From Longimicrobiales bacterium (GTDB lineage: Bacteria > Gemmatimonadota > Gemmatimonadetes > Longimicrobiales > Gaopeijiaceae), in NCBI GenBank assembly GCA_965248195.1, contig CBDFIQ010000002.1, positions 2,080,001-2,144,000 on the forward strand: DNA of 64,000 bases, given 5' to 3'. Positions 1 through 10,445 of this stretch are shown here, piece by piece; the stretch's first letter is position 1; each line of letters opens with the position of its first letter. A program made the translations under genes and the position numbers. The notes beneath the pieces were generated by a model. That model worked only from the letters and a program-made list of their open reading frames with translations. It was not told where the DNA came from and searched no databases.

Positions 1-107
1 ATTCCTTCGCCCTTCACGTACACCAGGGTATTGGCCGTCCCAAGATCCACCGCGATGTCGTTCACCGGGATCAGCCGGCGCGCTTCCAACCACTGAGTGA
101 GGTTCAA
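1..107 (-). CDS. mreB: Rod shape-determining protein MreB, N-terminal part (runs off window edge)
   Basis: Manual minus-strand translation gives (M)NLTQWLEARRLIPVNDIAVDLGTANTLVYVKGEG, with the MreB DLGTANT motif; TTG start at 107 with AAGGA upstream. Confidence 0.9.
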   Translation of the reverse strand, partial: MNLTQWLEARRLIPVNDIAVDLGTANTLVYVKGEG

Positions 108-255
108 GATCGTCGAAAATCCTTAGGGTTGTCGCTGCCTGCAGACATCATTTCGCCATGATGCAGGTATCATACCGCTATTCCTCAAGATGCTCAGAAG
201 AGATTTTACGTCAAGTAATTGTCAAACGGTCAGTTGCGCGGTTCGCGCCATATGT

Positions 256-702
256 TCACTCGATTCCCGTACTCCCGAAGCCATCCTCGCTCCGAGCCGT
301 GGCACCCAACTCCGTCGTCTCGATCACCTCGGGCGTAGAAAAGCGTTGGAAAACCAACTGGGCGATCCGATCGCCCCGCGTGAAGGTGACAGGCGCAGTG
401 CCGCTATTCTGAAGAATGATTCGGAGTTCGCCACGGTAGTCCGGATCGATGGTCCCGGGACTGTTCGGGAGTGTGACACCATGGCGTAGAGCGAGCCCGG
501 AGCGAGGCCGCACCTGACACTCCATTCCCTCGGGGAGTTCCATCTCGAGACCGGTCGAGACCAGCCGAATTTCCTGCGGAGCGAGGACGAAATTTTCCTC
601 CGCCAACCGGACATCGTATCCGGCCGCATGGGGTGTGGCTCGGGAGGGGAGCGGCAGATCCGGGTTTTCGGGAAGCCGCCTGAAACGGACGACATCGCTC
701 AC
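256..702 (-). CDS. dut: dUTP diphosphatase
   Basis: Motifs AAGYD, RPRSGLA, GTIDPDYRGE, RIAQL, GFGSTG. Confidence 0.97.
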   Translation of the reverse strand: MSDVVRFRRLPENPDLPLPSRATPHAAGYDVRLAEENFVLAPQEIRLVSTGLEMELPEGMECQVRPRSGLALRHGVTLPNSPGTIDPDYRGELRIILQNSGTAPVTFTRGDRIAQLVFQRFSTPEVIETTELGATARSEDGFGSTGIE

Positions 703-1937
703 GCAGGTCCCAAGGTCAGGATGAATTGGTCCTCAGGGTTGTAAAATCGTCGACAGGCGGCGCTCACTTCGTCCAGGGTCACGGCGTCGATCCGGGCGAG
801 AGACTCGTCCAGGTCCCGATAGGGCTCGCCGCGTAGCGTAAAGCCCACCAGACGAAGCAACCTCGCCCCCGTCGACTCCATCGCCAGGATCGAGCGGCCC
901 TTCGCGTGGCTCTTGGCCTGTTCGAGCTCACCACTTGTAATCCCGTGCTCGCACAATTTGGCATACTCACCCAGAATCCCCTCCAACGCCTCATCGGACG
1001 CCTCCGGCCGGGTTCCCACATACACACCGGCCATTCCGGCTTTGCTGTAGAAGGACTGGAACGAATAAACGGCGTAAGCCAAAGCCAACTCCTCACGAAT
1101 CCGTTGGAACAGCCGGGAACTCATGCCTCCGCCGAAGGCTCCGGAAATCAATATGAGTGCGTTTCGGATCGGATCGACAAAGGACGGCGTTGAATTACCG
1201 ATCACGAGGTGAGCCTGAGCGGCATCTCTTACAACCGAACTTCGGCCCGACAAGGTTCCTACCGGCTCCGCGATCCCCGGTGACGCACTACCCGGATCGA
1301 CTTTCCCAAACAGCTCGGTCACCCGGTTCAGCACCTCATCATGCTCGATGTTCCCGACGCACCCCAGGACGATGTTTCGCCCCCGGTACCGCTCGGCGTG
1401 GAGTGAGCGAAGGTCGTCGATCTGGAACGCTCGCACGGTTTCGCGGGTGCCGAGTATCGGTCGTCCATAGGTATGGCCGTTCCAGAACTCTGCACCATGG
1501 AGATCAAAGATCAGGTCGTCGGGCGTGTCGTCGACTCCCGCGATCTCCTCGATCACAACGTCTTTTTCCAGCTCCAGGTCGGCGGGGTCCAAGCGCGGAT
1601 GGAGAACCAGGTCCGCGAGTACATCGAGCGCCACCGGCAAATGCTCGTCGAGCACATGGGCTTGATAGCTCGTGTGCTCGCGGGTGGTGTACGCGTCGAG
1701 GCTGCCCCCGAGCGACTCCAGGGAGAGCGCGATTTCATGGGCGGTCCGACGCTCGGTACCCTTGAACACGAGGTGCTCCATCAGATGGCTCACACCAGCC
1801 GACTCGGGCGATTCATGAGCGGAACCCTGGTCGATCCAAACACCCGCCGCGGCCGATCGCACGTCGGGCCGTCGCTCGGTTACGACGCGTATGCCATTCT
1901 CGAGCAGCTCTTCGCGCATTTCGGCCCCATCACTCAT
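699..1937 (-). CDS. M16 (pitrilysin-family) zinc peptidase
   Basis: Inverted zinc motif HLMEH, FKGT, GGGMSSRLFQRIRE; usual position downstream of pnp. Confidence 0.93.
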   Translation of the reverse strand: MSDGAEMREELLENGIRVVTERRPDVRSAAAGVWIDQGSAHESPESAGVSHLMEHLVFKGTERRTAHEIALSLESLGGSLDAYTTREHTSYQAHVLDEHLPVALDVLADLVLHPRLDPADLELEKDVVIEEIAGVDDTPDDLIFDLHGAEFWNGHTYGRPILGTRETVRAFQIDDLRSLHAERYRGRNIVLGCVGNIEHDEVLNRVTELFGKVDPGSASPGIAEPVGTLSGRSSVVRDAAQAHLVIGNSTPSFVDPIRNALILISGAFGGGMSSRLFQRIREELALAYAVYSFQSFYSKAGMAGVYVGTRPEASDEALEGILGEYAKLCEHGITSGELEQAKSHAKGRSILAMESTGARLLRLVGFTLRGEPYRDLDESLARIDAVTLDEVSAACRRFYNPEDQFILTLGPA

Positions 1938-1984
1938 GAAAACGTAGGGGGTACGGACTCGTCACCCGCACCCCCAAGAAAAAC
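1938..1984 (-). terminator. Hairpin / putative intrinsic terminator after pnp
   Basis: Minus strand GGGGGTGCGG-loop-CCGTACCCCC followed by TACGTTTT. Confidence 0.45.
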
Positions 1985-2002
1985 CTTCGGTCCGGCGCGA
2001 GT

Positions 2003-4159
2003 TTAGCCCTGAGCCTCCTCGGACCTATCCTCGTCAGAACCCACGTCGCCGTCGCCGCCACTCGCGGCGTCTTCTGCCAGCGCGGCCTTACGGGAGAGAC
2101 GGAGGCGGCCTTTCTCATCGATGGAGAGAAGCTTCACGCGGGTGATGTCTCCCCTGTTCAGTACGTCCTCGGTCTTCTCCACTCGGCCCTCCGCGAGCTC
2201 GGAGATGTGGCACAGCCCCTCTACACCCGGGACGATCTCGATGAAGGCTCCGAAAGACGTCGTGTTCTTGACCGGGCCCTCATAGATCCGTCCGACCTCG
2301 GGCTCCTGTACGATCGCCTCGATCATCTCACGTGCGCGCGCTCCAGCCTCACCGGAGACCGCAGCGATCTTCACCAAACCGCTGTCATCGATGTCGATCT
2401 TCGCCCCGGACTCCTCCTGAATGGCCCTAATCGTCTTTCCTTTGGGACCGATGATGTCACCGATCTTCGAGGGATTAATCTGGATGCTCACGATCCGGGG
2501 GGCGTACTGCGAAAGGTCGCTCCTCGGCTCCGCGAGTACCTGATCCATGTGGTCGAGGATGTGCATCCGGCCCTGATGCGCGCGCTCGAGCGCGGTCTTC
2601 AGGATTTCGTGCGTCAGCCCCTCGATCTTGATGTCCATCTGGATCGACGTCACGCCCTCCCGCGTCCCGGCAATTTTGAAGTCCATGTCGCCCAGTGCGT
2701 CCTCGAGGCCGAGGATGTCGGTCAGGACCGCGACCTCGTCCCCCTCCTTGACCAGCCCCATCGCGATCCCCGCGCAGGCCGACTTCACCGGTACACCGGC
2801 GTCCATGAGGGCAAGCGACGCCCCACACACGGAAGCCATCGACGATGATCCGTTCGACTCCAGGATGTCGGAGACGATCCGAATCGTATATGGGAAGTCG
2901 TCGTAGGCCGGAAGAAGCGGACGGATGGCTCGCTCGGCTAACGCCCCGTGCCCCTGCTCACGCCGCGACGTGCCCCGGTAGGGGCGCGCCTCACCCACCG
3001 AGAACGGCGGAAAGTTGTAGTGGAGCATGAACGATTTGGTGACCTCTTCGGCACTGTCGATCGTGTCAATCCGTTGCTCGTCGCGAGACGTGCCGAGCGT
3101 CGTGGCCACCAACGCCTGCGTCTGGCCACGCGTGAAGAGCGCCGAGCCATGCGTCCGAGGTAGCACGCCGACTTCCGACGTGATGGGCCGAACCTCCTCG
3201 AGGCCACGACCGTCGGCCCGCTCGCCTTGATCGAGAATACGCCGCCGCATGGAACGCTTCTCGATCGTGCGTAGGATCTCTTTGACCGACTTCTCGTGAT
3301 CGCCGTACGCCTCGTCTTCTTCGGTCAAGCGGCTGATCACGTCCTCGGCTACGGCGGCCATCGCCTGGTTCCGTTCGGCCTTGTCCGAGAGGGTCAACGC
3401 CTCATCGATCCGGCTCTCGGCCATCTCGGTCACCTTGGCGGCGAGGTCCTGGTCCGGCTCGATCGGCGACCAATCCATGTCGGGCACGGTATGCCCGTCC
3501 AGCAGTTCACGCTGGATGGAGATGAGCTCCTTGATGCCTTGATGCGCCGTTTCCAGCCCCTCGAGGATGTCCGCCTCTTGAACCTCGACGGCACCGCCTT
3601 CCACCATCAGAAGGGCGTCTTCGGTGCCCGCAACCAGAATGTCGAGATCGGAGTACTCGAGCTGCTGGAATGTCGGATTGATGACCCACGTACCCTTGAT
3701 GCGTCCGATACGCACGGTCGCCACCAACGTGTTGAACGGGATTTTCGACATGTTCAACGCAACCGAAGCGCCGAGCATGGCCAGCACGTCAGCGGCATTT
3801 TCTTGATCGGTACTGAGCACGAAGCAGGCGACCTGCGTCTCGTTTTGGAATCCCTTCGGAAACAGCGGCCGGATCGGGCGATCCGTCAGGCGCGCCGACA
3901 GGATGGCGTTCTCGCTCGGCCGCCCCTCCCGCTTGAAAAAGCCACCGGGAATCTTCCCGGCCGCATAACTCTTTTCCTGGAATTCGATGGTAAGGGGGAA
4001 AAACGGTAAGTGGCTCGGGTGGTCCTGTACCGTAGCGGCACAGAGCACAACCGTATCACCATACTGGACCAGGCAAGACCCTTGGGCGAGCCTGGCCATG
4101 CGCCCGAACTCGAGGCTCAACGTGCGCCCCGCGAACTGGCGTTCGATTCTCTGAATCAT
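2003..4159 (-). CDS. pnp: Polyribonucleotide nucleotidyltransferase (PNPase)
   Basis: GKIPGGFFKREGRP, ESNGSSSMAS, DMDFK motifs; KH and S1 domains at the C-terminus. Confidence 0.98.
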   Translation of the reverse strand: MIQRIERQFAGRTLSLEFGRMARLAQGSCLVQYGDTVVLCAATVQDHPSHLPFFPLTIEFQEKSYAAGKIPGGFFKREGRPSENAILSARLTDRPIRPLFPKGFQNETQVACFVLSTDQENAADVLAMLGASVALNMSKIPFNTLVATVRIGRIKGTWVINPTFQQLEYSDLDILVAGTEDALLMVEGGAVEVQEADILEGLETAHQGIKELISIQRELLDGHTVPDMDWSPIEPDQDLAAKVTEMAESRIDEALTLSDKAERNQAMAAVAEDVISRLTEEDEAYGDHEKSVKEILRTIEKRSMRRRILDQGERADGRGLEEVRPITSEVGVLPRTHGSALFTRGQTQALVATTLGTSRDEQRIDTIDSAEEVTKSFMLHYNFPPFSVGEARPYRGTSRREQGHGALAERAIRPLLPAYDDFPYTIRIVSDILESNGSSSMASVCGASLALMDAGVPVKSACAGIAMGLVKEGDEVAVLTDILGLEDALGDMDFKIAGTREGVTSIQMDIKIEGLTHEILKTALERAHQGRMHILDHMDQVLAEPRSDLSQYAPRIVSIQINPSKIGDIIGPKGKTIRAIQEESGAKIDIDDSGLVKIAAVSGEAGARAREMIEAIVQEPEVGRIYEGPVKNTTSFGAFIEIVPGVEGLCHISELAEGRVEKTEDVLNRGDITRVKLLSIDEKGRLRLSRKAALAEDAASGGDGDVGSDEDRSEEAQG

Positions 4160-4418
4160 ATTCTCTTTTCTCTGCTGTCAGGCGGACGGGACCACCCCGT
4201 CACGCACGAAATGATCCGGTCGGGGACTTCCCGACCGGTTTTCACAGCAGGGGTCCGAAGAGAGATCGACCGCCGCAACGGGGGGCACGGCGTGCCCGGC
4301 CGGATGCAGCCATTTGGTTGGGCCGATTCTCCTGGCTCCTGCTGTCAAGATTGCGAGCGGCGGCCCATCTAGTAGGCGCCACTCCATGTCGGACACCCAT
4401 CAGTGCTCCGATAGGGCA

Positions 4419-4679
4419 CTAATGACGAAGTCCCAGATCCGCGAGAATGTCACGGTATCGTTCGACGTCCGTTCGCTTCATGTATTCCAGAAGACGTCGA
4501 CGGCGGCCAACCATTTTGAGAAGGCCGCGGCGGCTGTGGTGATCCTTCTTGTGCGCGTCGAAGTGCGACCGAAGGTCGTTGATACGCGCTGTGAGGATCG
4601 CAACCTGGACGGGAGCGCTCCCGACGTCTCCGTCGTGGAGCTGGTGCTTCTTGATAATTTCTTCTCGACTGATCGTCAC
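4419..4679 (-). CDS. rpsO: 30S ribosomal protein S15
   Basis: [13 protein letters not shown]...[24 protein letters not shown] start at 4679 with GGAGG upstream. Confidence 0.97.
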   Translation of the reverse strand: MTISREEIIKKHQLHDGDVGSAPVQVAILTARINDLRSHFDAHKKDHHSRRGLLKMVGRRRRLLEYMKRTDVERYRDILADLGLRH

Positions 4680-4790
4680 TTGTTCTTTGCCTCCACAGGA
4701 GTCTGCGCTACAAGGGAAGCTCACAATGCTTCATATGAACAGCCCCTAAGCTAGCCTCAGACCCGTGCGGCAACAACGGCTGATTACGGC

Positions 4791-5744
4791 CTATCCGTCA
4801 CCGAGTGCATCACGCGCCCGTTCTACATCCTCTTTCATCTGTTCTACCAGAGCTTGGCTCGTCTCGAACGGCCGGATCTCCCTCAGGTACTTCACGAAGT
4901 CGACCCGGACCTCTTCCCCGTAAATGTCTTCCTCGAAACCCAGGAGGTGCAGCTCAATGGTCGGTGGAGACCCTCGGAACGTCGGGCGGGGCCCCAGATG
5001 AAGCGCGCCGTCGAACGTGCCCGAGCGGACCGTCCCACGCACGGCATAGATTCCGGGCGAGGGGATGAGCTTACCCCCTCCGCCCCCACCCCGGACTTCG
5101 AGATTCGCCGTAGGGAAGCCAAGCGTCCGGCCCCGTTGGTCGCCACGTACTACCAGCCCGCTAAGGGAATAGGGGCGGCCCAAACCCCTCCGTGCGGTCT
5201 CCACGTCTCCCTCCAGGAGGGCATCACGGATCTTCGTGGAGGAGATGGCCTCGCCTTGGGAGCTGACTGGGCCGACCACGTCGACGGCAAACCCGAGCTC
5301 GCGTCCGAAGATCTTGAGCATATCGACGTTACCTTCGCGCCCTTTTCCAAAGCGGTGGTCGTACCCCACGACCAATTCACCAACGTTCACGCGGTCGACC
5401 AGAATCTCCTCGACGAATCGGCGAGGGCTGTACGCTGCCAGCATGGGTGTAAAGGTGAGGAAGACGGCATAGTCGAGACCGGATTCCGCCAGAATTTCTT
5501 TCTTTTCCACGGGAGTGGTCAGCATCGGCGGGGCCGACTCCGGACGAACGATCGTGAGGGGATGAGGGTGGAACGTCACCAAGACGCTCCTGCCGCCCAC
5601 CGCCTCGGCCCTGCGCCGAATTTCTGATAAGACCTCCCAGTGGCCTCGATGCACGCCATCGAACGTCCCGATGGTGACCACCGCCTTTCGGCCGTCCTTG
5701 GGGAGACCGGGCGGGAGCGTCGGGTCGATCGCGTAAACCTTCAT
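4791..5744 (-). CDS. ribF: Bifunctional riboflavin kinase / FAD synthetase
   Basis: GTFDGVHRGH, ISST, GRTLGFPTAN motifs. Confidence 0.97.
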   Translation of the reverse strand: MKVYAIDPTLPPGLPKDGRKAVVTIGTFDGVHRGHWEVLSEIRRRAEAVGGRSVLVTFHPHPLTIVRPESAPPMLTTPVEKKEILAESGLDYAVFLTFTPMLAAYSPRRFVEEILVDRVNVGELVVGYDHRFGKGREGNVDMLKIFGRELGFAVDVVGPVSSQGEAISSTKIRDALLEGDVETARRGLGRPYSLSGLVVRGDQRGRTLGFPTANLEVRGGGGGGKLIPSPGIYAVRGTVRSGTFDGALHLGPRPTFRGSPPTIELHLLGFEEDIYGEEVRVDFVKYLREIRPFETSQALVEQMKEDVERARDALGDG

Positions 5745-6661
5745 CGGTGCGAAGCCACCGTGAGCATCTTCTTCGGCGCGAGGCGCCCGTTCCGGATCTC
5801 GGCGATCCCCACCAGACCGCCCTCATCCATCACGGCGATGGGCTCTCCGGTCCCCGGCTCGGCCTCTTCGGACCATGGGATCGCTCCTCCCTGGCGAAGG
5901 CGCAGCGCGGCGTCCGCTTCCACACGAACCGTCGTCAAGTGACCCACCGCGGCCGCCGCCTCGACCCAATGGGCCGGATCCGGGCACAGGCCCTCTCGGA
6001 GGACATCACCGGGCACCGCGTGGTCCACCGAGAACGCCCCAACGTCCGTTCGGCGAAGCCCCGTGAGATGGGCGCCAACCCCGAGCCGATCCCCGAGATC
6101 TCTCGCGATCGCTCGGACATAAGTGCCACTCGAACAGGTCAAAGTGAAACCGATCTCAGGGGGTACGTAGTCGGTCAACCGAATCCCGAAAATTTCCACG
6201 TCGACAGGCGGGAGATGAACGGTATCGCCTCGACGAGCCCTCTTGTACATCCTTTCGCCCTCCACCTTCTTAGCCGAAAATTGCGGCGGGATCTGTCGGC
6301 CGAGTCCCTCGAAGGTGGCCAACTCCGCTTCAATCTGCTCTTGGGTCGGCACCACTCCGGGGTCCTGAACGCTCACAGTCCTCCCTTCCGCGTCGTGCGT
6401 GTCCGTGCGGATTCCGAGGCGCGCTCGAGCCTCATAACTCTTGGGAAGCGCCGACAGGTACTCTGCCAGCCTCGTCACGGGGCCGACCAGCAAAATCAAG
6501 AGTCCAGAAGCGAAGGGATCCAGCGTCCCCGTGTGACCGATTCTCCGTACGCCCAGAGATCTCCGTGCCCATTTCACAACGTCGTGCGAAGTGGGTCCCT
6601 CGGGCTTGTCGACCAGAAGGGCTCCGCCCCCCTCGGGCACGTACCCCCCCTCAACCGTCAC
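5741..6661 (-). CDS. truB: tRNA pseudouridine(55) synthase
   Basis: DKPEGPTSHDVV, GHTGTLDPFASG, CSSGTYVR; start placed at GTG 6661, overlapping the rbfA end. Confidence 0.95.
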   Translation of the reverse strand: MTVEGGYVPEGGGALLVDKPEGPTSHDVVKWARRSLGVRRIGHTGTLDPFASGLLILLVGPVTRLAEYLSALPKSYEARARLGIRTDTHDAEGRTVSVQDPGVVPTQEQIEAELATFEGLGRQIPPQFSAKKVEGERMYKRARRGDTVHLPPVDVEIFGIRLTDYVPPEIGFTLTCSSGTYVRAIARDLGDRLGVGAHLTGLRRTDVGAFSVDHAVPGDVLREGLCPDPAHWVEAAAAVGHLTTVRVEADAALRLRQGGAIPWSEEAEPGTGEPIAVMDEGGLVGIAEIRNGRLAPKKMLTVASHR

Positions 6662-7076
6662 CCGGCCCCTCCGTAACGCGCTCCGTGGGGTCCTTGGTAT
6701 CGCCGGCCCCATCATCTTCCTCGCTTCGGCCCCCCTCGAGTCCCTTGAGAATCTCCTCGATGCGGTCGGCATTGGCGAGCGTCTTGTCCTCCAAGAAACG
6801 CAATTCCGGGATCCGGCGTATGTGCAGCACGGCCGCGAGTTCGCGCCGAATGAAATTCGCTGCGGCTTCGAGGCCCTGAAGGGCCTCACGGCCCTCTTGC
6901 TCCTCACCCCCGAGACGCACATAAACCCGGGCCAGCCAGAGGTCCGACGTAACTTCGACCGAGTTCACGAACACATCCTGGACCCGAGGATCACGAACCG
7001 CCCGGCGTAGTATCGCTGTAATTTCCCGACGGAACTGTTCGTTCAGCCGGGCGAGTCGTCGGTTCGGTTTGTCCAT
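6651..7076 (-). CDS. rbfA: Ribosome-binding factor A
   Basis: RRLARLNEQFRREI...DPR...VEVTSDL..ARVY...RRIPELRF; lies between infB and truB. Confidence 0.95.
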   Translation of the reverse strand: MDKPNRRLARLNEQFRREITAILRRAVRDPRVQDVFVNSVEVTSDLWLARVYVRLGGEEQEGREALQGLEAAANFIRRELAAVLHIRRIPELRFLEDKTLANADRIEEILKGLEGGRSEEDDGAGDTKDPTERVTEGPGDG

Positions 7077-7384
7077 CACGCGATCGCAGGCATGAGTGAA
7101 TCAGTAACGCGCTTTACGTGCGCGGAGAGAATCACCACCCGGTGCTCACCCTCAATAAAATGATCCAGCTTGTCGAGCACGGAGTCGGCGAAGGCGCCGT
7201 CCGTGGTTACGAGCACGACTGAAAGCTGGGCACGGGTCCAGGTGTCTTGGTAGGCCGTTTCGGCGACGGAGACGTTGAATCGTGCCCGGATTCGATCCTT
7301 CAACGACTTGACGACCCTCCGCTTGTCTTTGAGGGATCTACACTCCGGAAGCGAGAGATCCCAGGAGCACCCTGAAACGAGCAC
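7076..7384 (-). CDS. DUF503 (YlxP-like) protein
   Basis: SLKDKRRVVKSLKDRIRARFNVSVAE signature; position between infB and rbfA. Confidence 0.9.
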   Translation of the reverse strand: MLVSGCSWDLSLPECRSLKDKRRVVKSLKDRIRARFNVSVAETAYQDTWTRAQLSVVLVTTDGAFADSVLDKLDHFIEGEHRVVILSAHVKRVTDSLMPAIA

Positions 7385-7419
7385 GCCGTCTCTCTCCTCC
7401 GCGGTTTCTCTCGGTGGGA

Positions 7420-10101
7420 CTAAGCCGTTACCTCTGCGAGCGTCCGTGCCACCTCTTCAACGGTGTAGCTCTCGATCACATCGCCCACTTTGATGTCGTT
7501 GAAGTTGGCGATTCCGATCCCACACTCGAGGCCCTCGCGAACCTCTTTGACGTCGTCCTTGAAGCGCTTCAACGAAGAGACCTCCCCTTCGTATACAACA
7601 ATACCTTCCCGAATGAGCCGCACGCCCGACTTCCGGTCGACGACGCCGTCGATCACCTCGCAACCCGCGATGGTGCCGACCCTCCCGATCTTGAAGATCT
7701 CGCGAACTTCCGCTGACCCGATGATGTGCTCCTTGCGCTCCGGAGCCAGCATTCCTTCGAGCACGGAGCGTATTGCGTCGACACCCTCGTAGATCACATC
7801 GTAGACTCGGATGTCAACGCCCTCCCGCTCGGCGTTCTTGCGTGCATTCGTGTTCGGACGCACCCGGAACCCGAGAATGACCGCGCCGGAGGTCCCTGCG
7901 AGCAGCACATCCTCCTCGTTGATCGCTCCCACCGCGCGGTGAACGATCTGGACCCTCACCTCGTCGGTACCCAGGTGCTCCAGTGCGTCTGAGAACGCCT
8001 GCACCGAACCATCCACGTCTGCCTTGATAATGAGCGGTAGCGTATCCGCCGTCCCCTCCGCCACCATGCCGGAGAAGTCCCCCAGCTTAACCCCACGTTC
8101 CTTGATTCGCAGTTGCTTCTCCCGATCCAGGCGTAACCGGCTCTCGGCGATCTCGCTCGCTTTTTCGGCAGCCATGACCTGGAACGTATCTCCGGCCTGA
8201 GGAACGCCGGCCGTTCCGAGAACCTGCGCCGGGATTCCGGGCGCGGCTTGCTCCAGGTTCTTACCGCGCTCATCCAGCATCGCACGTACTCGACCCTCGA
8301 AGTTTCCGACGACGAAGGAGTCTCCTACGCGAAGTGTACCTTTCGTGACAAGGACCGTGACGACCGATCCCTTTCCGATGTCCAACTGGGACTCGACAAC
8401 GGTGCCCATGGCTTTTCGGTCGGGGTTGGCCTTCAGTTCCAACAGTTCGGCCTGGAGCAAGACCTTTTCGAGAAGCTCGTCGATCCCCTCGCCGGTCTTA
8501 GCCGAGATATCCGCGCTCAACACGTCCCCGCCGAACTCCTCTACCTGGACATCCTGCTGAAGAAGCTCCTGCTTCACCTTGAGCGCGTCCGCTGCGGGGA
8601 GGTCGCACTTGTTCACTGCTACGACCAGGGGTACGCCGGCGTTCCGAGCGTGGCTGATCGCTTCCTTGGTCTGCGGCATGACCGAATCGTCGGCGGCAAC
8701 CACGAGGATCACGATGTCGGTGATTTCTGCCCCTCGGGCCCGCATGGCCGTAAAGGCGGAGTGACCCGGAGTATCCAGGAACGTGATCATACGGCCGCCG
8801 CCCAACTCGACGTGGTAGGCACCGATGTGTTGCGTGATGCCGCCCGACTCCCCGGCCACGACATTGGACTTCCGGATCGAGTCCAGGAGAAGCGTCTTTC
8901 CGTGGTCGACGTGGCCCATCACGGTCACGACAGGCGACCGCGGTTTCAGATCGCCCTCCGCATCCTGTTCTTCAACCGTGTCTTCGTGGTGGCCGTACTC
9001 CTCCTCGCGAATCGCGGTGCACCCGAACTCATCGAGGAGCATTTCAATCTGGGGAAAATCGAGCCGCTGATTGATGGTCACCATGAGCCCGAGGTTCTTG
9101 AATGCGGAGCCGATGATCTCAGTGGAGGACACCTCGATGAGGTCGGACAACTCCGAGACGGTCAAGAATTCGTTTACACGAACGATTTTCCGCTCTCGTT
9201 CCTCCTCCTCGCGCGCCTCCTCTTCGGCAGCCTCGCGCTCCTCTTTAGAGGGTGTGGATCCCTTACGGCGCCGCTTCTTCCCTCCGCCCTTGAGCTGCGC
9301 CATCACTCGCTGGATGTTCTCCTGGACGGCACTCTGATCCACACGTTGGCGCTTCTTACCCTTCCTCTGCCGCTGGCTCCGTTGGCCATCAGGGGTGTAC
9401 CCCTCCGCCTGGACGCGGACCTGTCCAGCCGTTCCGGAGTTAGCCGCCGGCTTGGGTCGGCGAATCACCCGAGCCGTTCCCTGGGGCGTAGCCTGCCGTG
9501 CCGGCTCCGGGCGTTTCCGCGGCGGGGCTTCCGGAGCGGGTCCAGGAGATTCGGCAACGGGTGTCTCCGCTTCGGCCTCCCCTTCCACTTGGGCCTCGGG
9601 CTCCGCCTCGACAGCGAGCTCCTCCGGAGCGGCTGAGTCAGGATCAGTATCAGCATCGATATCGAGCTCCGGAGCGACCTCGTCCCCTACTACGTCCACA
9701 GCCACCGCATCCGGCTCCGATTCCACCGCCTCGGCGAAAGCCTCGTCGCTGTCAGGGCCGGTCACCGCCAACTCCTCCGTCACCTCTCCGGCCGGGTCGA
9801 CCGCCTCCACGGTTTCAGGGTCGGGGGTTTCAGGGTCGGGCTCTGAGGGCAACTCGCTCCTTCGGCGGCGGCGGCGCTTTCCAGCGGATGGCTTGGCATC
9901 CACGATGGCCGCCTCGATCGCCTCTGCGGCTTCGTCGTGTCCGCTCCGCCGCTCACGTTCGAGGCGAGCTAGAATGAGAGAGACATCACCCTCACTGATC
10001 GAAGCGTCCTTGTTTGTCGCGGAAATCCGCATGGACCGCAGGAGTTTCAGCAATACCGTTGACGAAACTCCGAGGTCGGTGGCTAGCTCTGCAACCCGCA
10101 T
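7420..10101 (-). CDS. infB: Translation initiation factor IF-2
   Basis: [40 protein letters not shown]. Confidence 0.98.
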   Translation of the reverse strand: MRVAELATDLGVSSTVLLKLLRSMRISATNKDASISEGDVSLILARLERERRSGHDEAAEAIEAAIVDAKPSAGKRRRRRRSELPSEPDPETPDPETVEAVDPAGEVTEELAVTGPDSDEAFAEAVESEPDAVAVDVVGDEVAPELDIDADTDPDSAAPEELAVEAEPEAQVEGEAEAETPVAESPGPAPEAPPRKRPEPARQATPQGTARVIRRPKPAANSGTAGQVRVQAEGYTPDGQRSQRQRKGKKRQRVDQSAVQENIQRVMAQLKGGGKKRRRKGSTPSKEEREAAEEEAREEEERERKIVRVNEFLTVSELSDLIEVSSTEIIGSAFKNLGLMVTINQRLDFPQIEMLLDEFGCTAIREEEYGHHEDTVEEQDAEGDLKPRSPVVTVMGHVDHGKTLLLDSIRKSNVVAGESGGITQHIGAYHVELGGGRMITFLDTPGHSAFTAMRARGAEITDIVILVVAADDSVMPQTKEAISHARNAGVPLVVAVNKCDLPAADALKVKQELLQQDVQVEEFGGDVLSADISAKTGEGIDELLEKVLLQAELLELKANPDRKAMGTVVESQLDIGKGSVVTVLVTKGTLRVGDSFVVGNFEGRVRAMLDERGKNLEQAAPGIPAQVLGTAGVPQAGDTFQVMAAEKASEIAESRLRLDREKQLRIKERGVKLGDFSGMVAEGTADTLPLIIKADVDGSVQAFSDALEHLGTDEVRVQIVHRAVGAINEEDVLLAGTSGAVILGFRVRPNTNARKNAEREGVDIRVYDVIYEGVDAIRSVLEGMLAPERKEHIIGSAEVREIFKIGRVGTIAGCEVIDGVVDRKSGVRLIREGIVVYEGEVSSLKRFKDDVKEVREGLECGIGIANFNDIKVGDVIESYTVEEVARTLAEVTA

Positions 10102-10109
10102 CTGTCGGT

Positions 10110-10445
10110 TTACCTCCGCGTCCCTTTCTCGACTGGAATTCCCGGCTTGACGCCGAGCAGGGCCACCAACTCCTTCGCGAATTCCCTATCCGTGACAGCC
10201 ACTGCGGAAACGGGCGCCGATCCCACGGCCGAGCCCAACGCCTCACGTGTCCCGAGGGTCGCGCGAGGCGTCCTCACGTGACGGAGAAGCTTCATCACCT
10301 TTTCTCGTTGCGTCTCGGAGGCGTCTTGAGCGAACAGGATCAGCCGAGCACGGCCCTCCTTGAGCGCCCGCCTCGTTGACCCGGTCCCAAAAGCGAGCGC
10401 CCCGGCACGACGAGCCATCCCTAGAAGAGCCACAGGATCACCCAT
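10110..10445 (-). CDS. L7Ae/L30e-family RNA-binding protein (YlxQ-like)
   Basis: LLGMARRAG...LILFAQDAS...LGSAVG; between nusA and infB. Confidence 0.85.
   Translation of the reverse strand: MGDPVALLGMARRAGALAFGTGSTRRALKEGRARLILFAQDASETQREKVMKLLRHVRTPRATLGTREALGSAVGSAPVSAVAVTDREFAKELVALLGVKPGIPVEKGTRR

Noticed and set aside
8248..9636. Long plus-strand ORFs antisense to infB (and similar ORFs opposite nusA, rpsB, serS, pntA and others)
   Set aside because: Shadow ORFs expected from high-GC codon bias opposite well-supported genes; no recognisable motifs.
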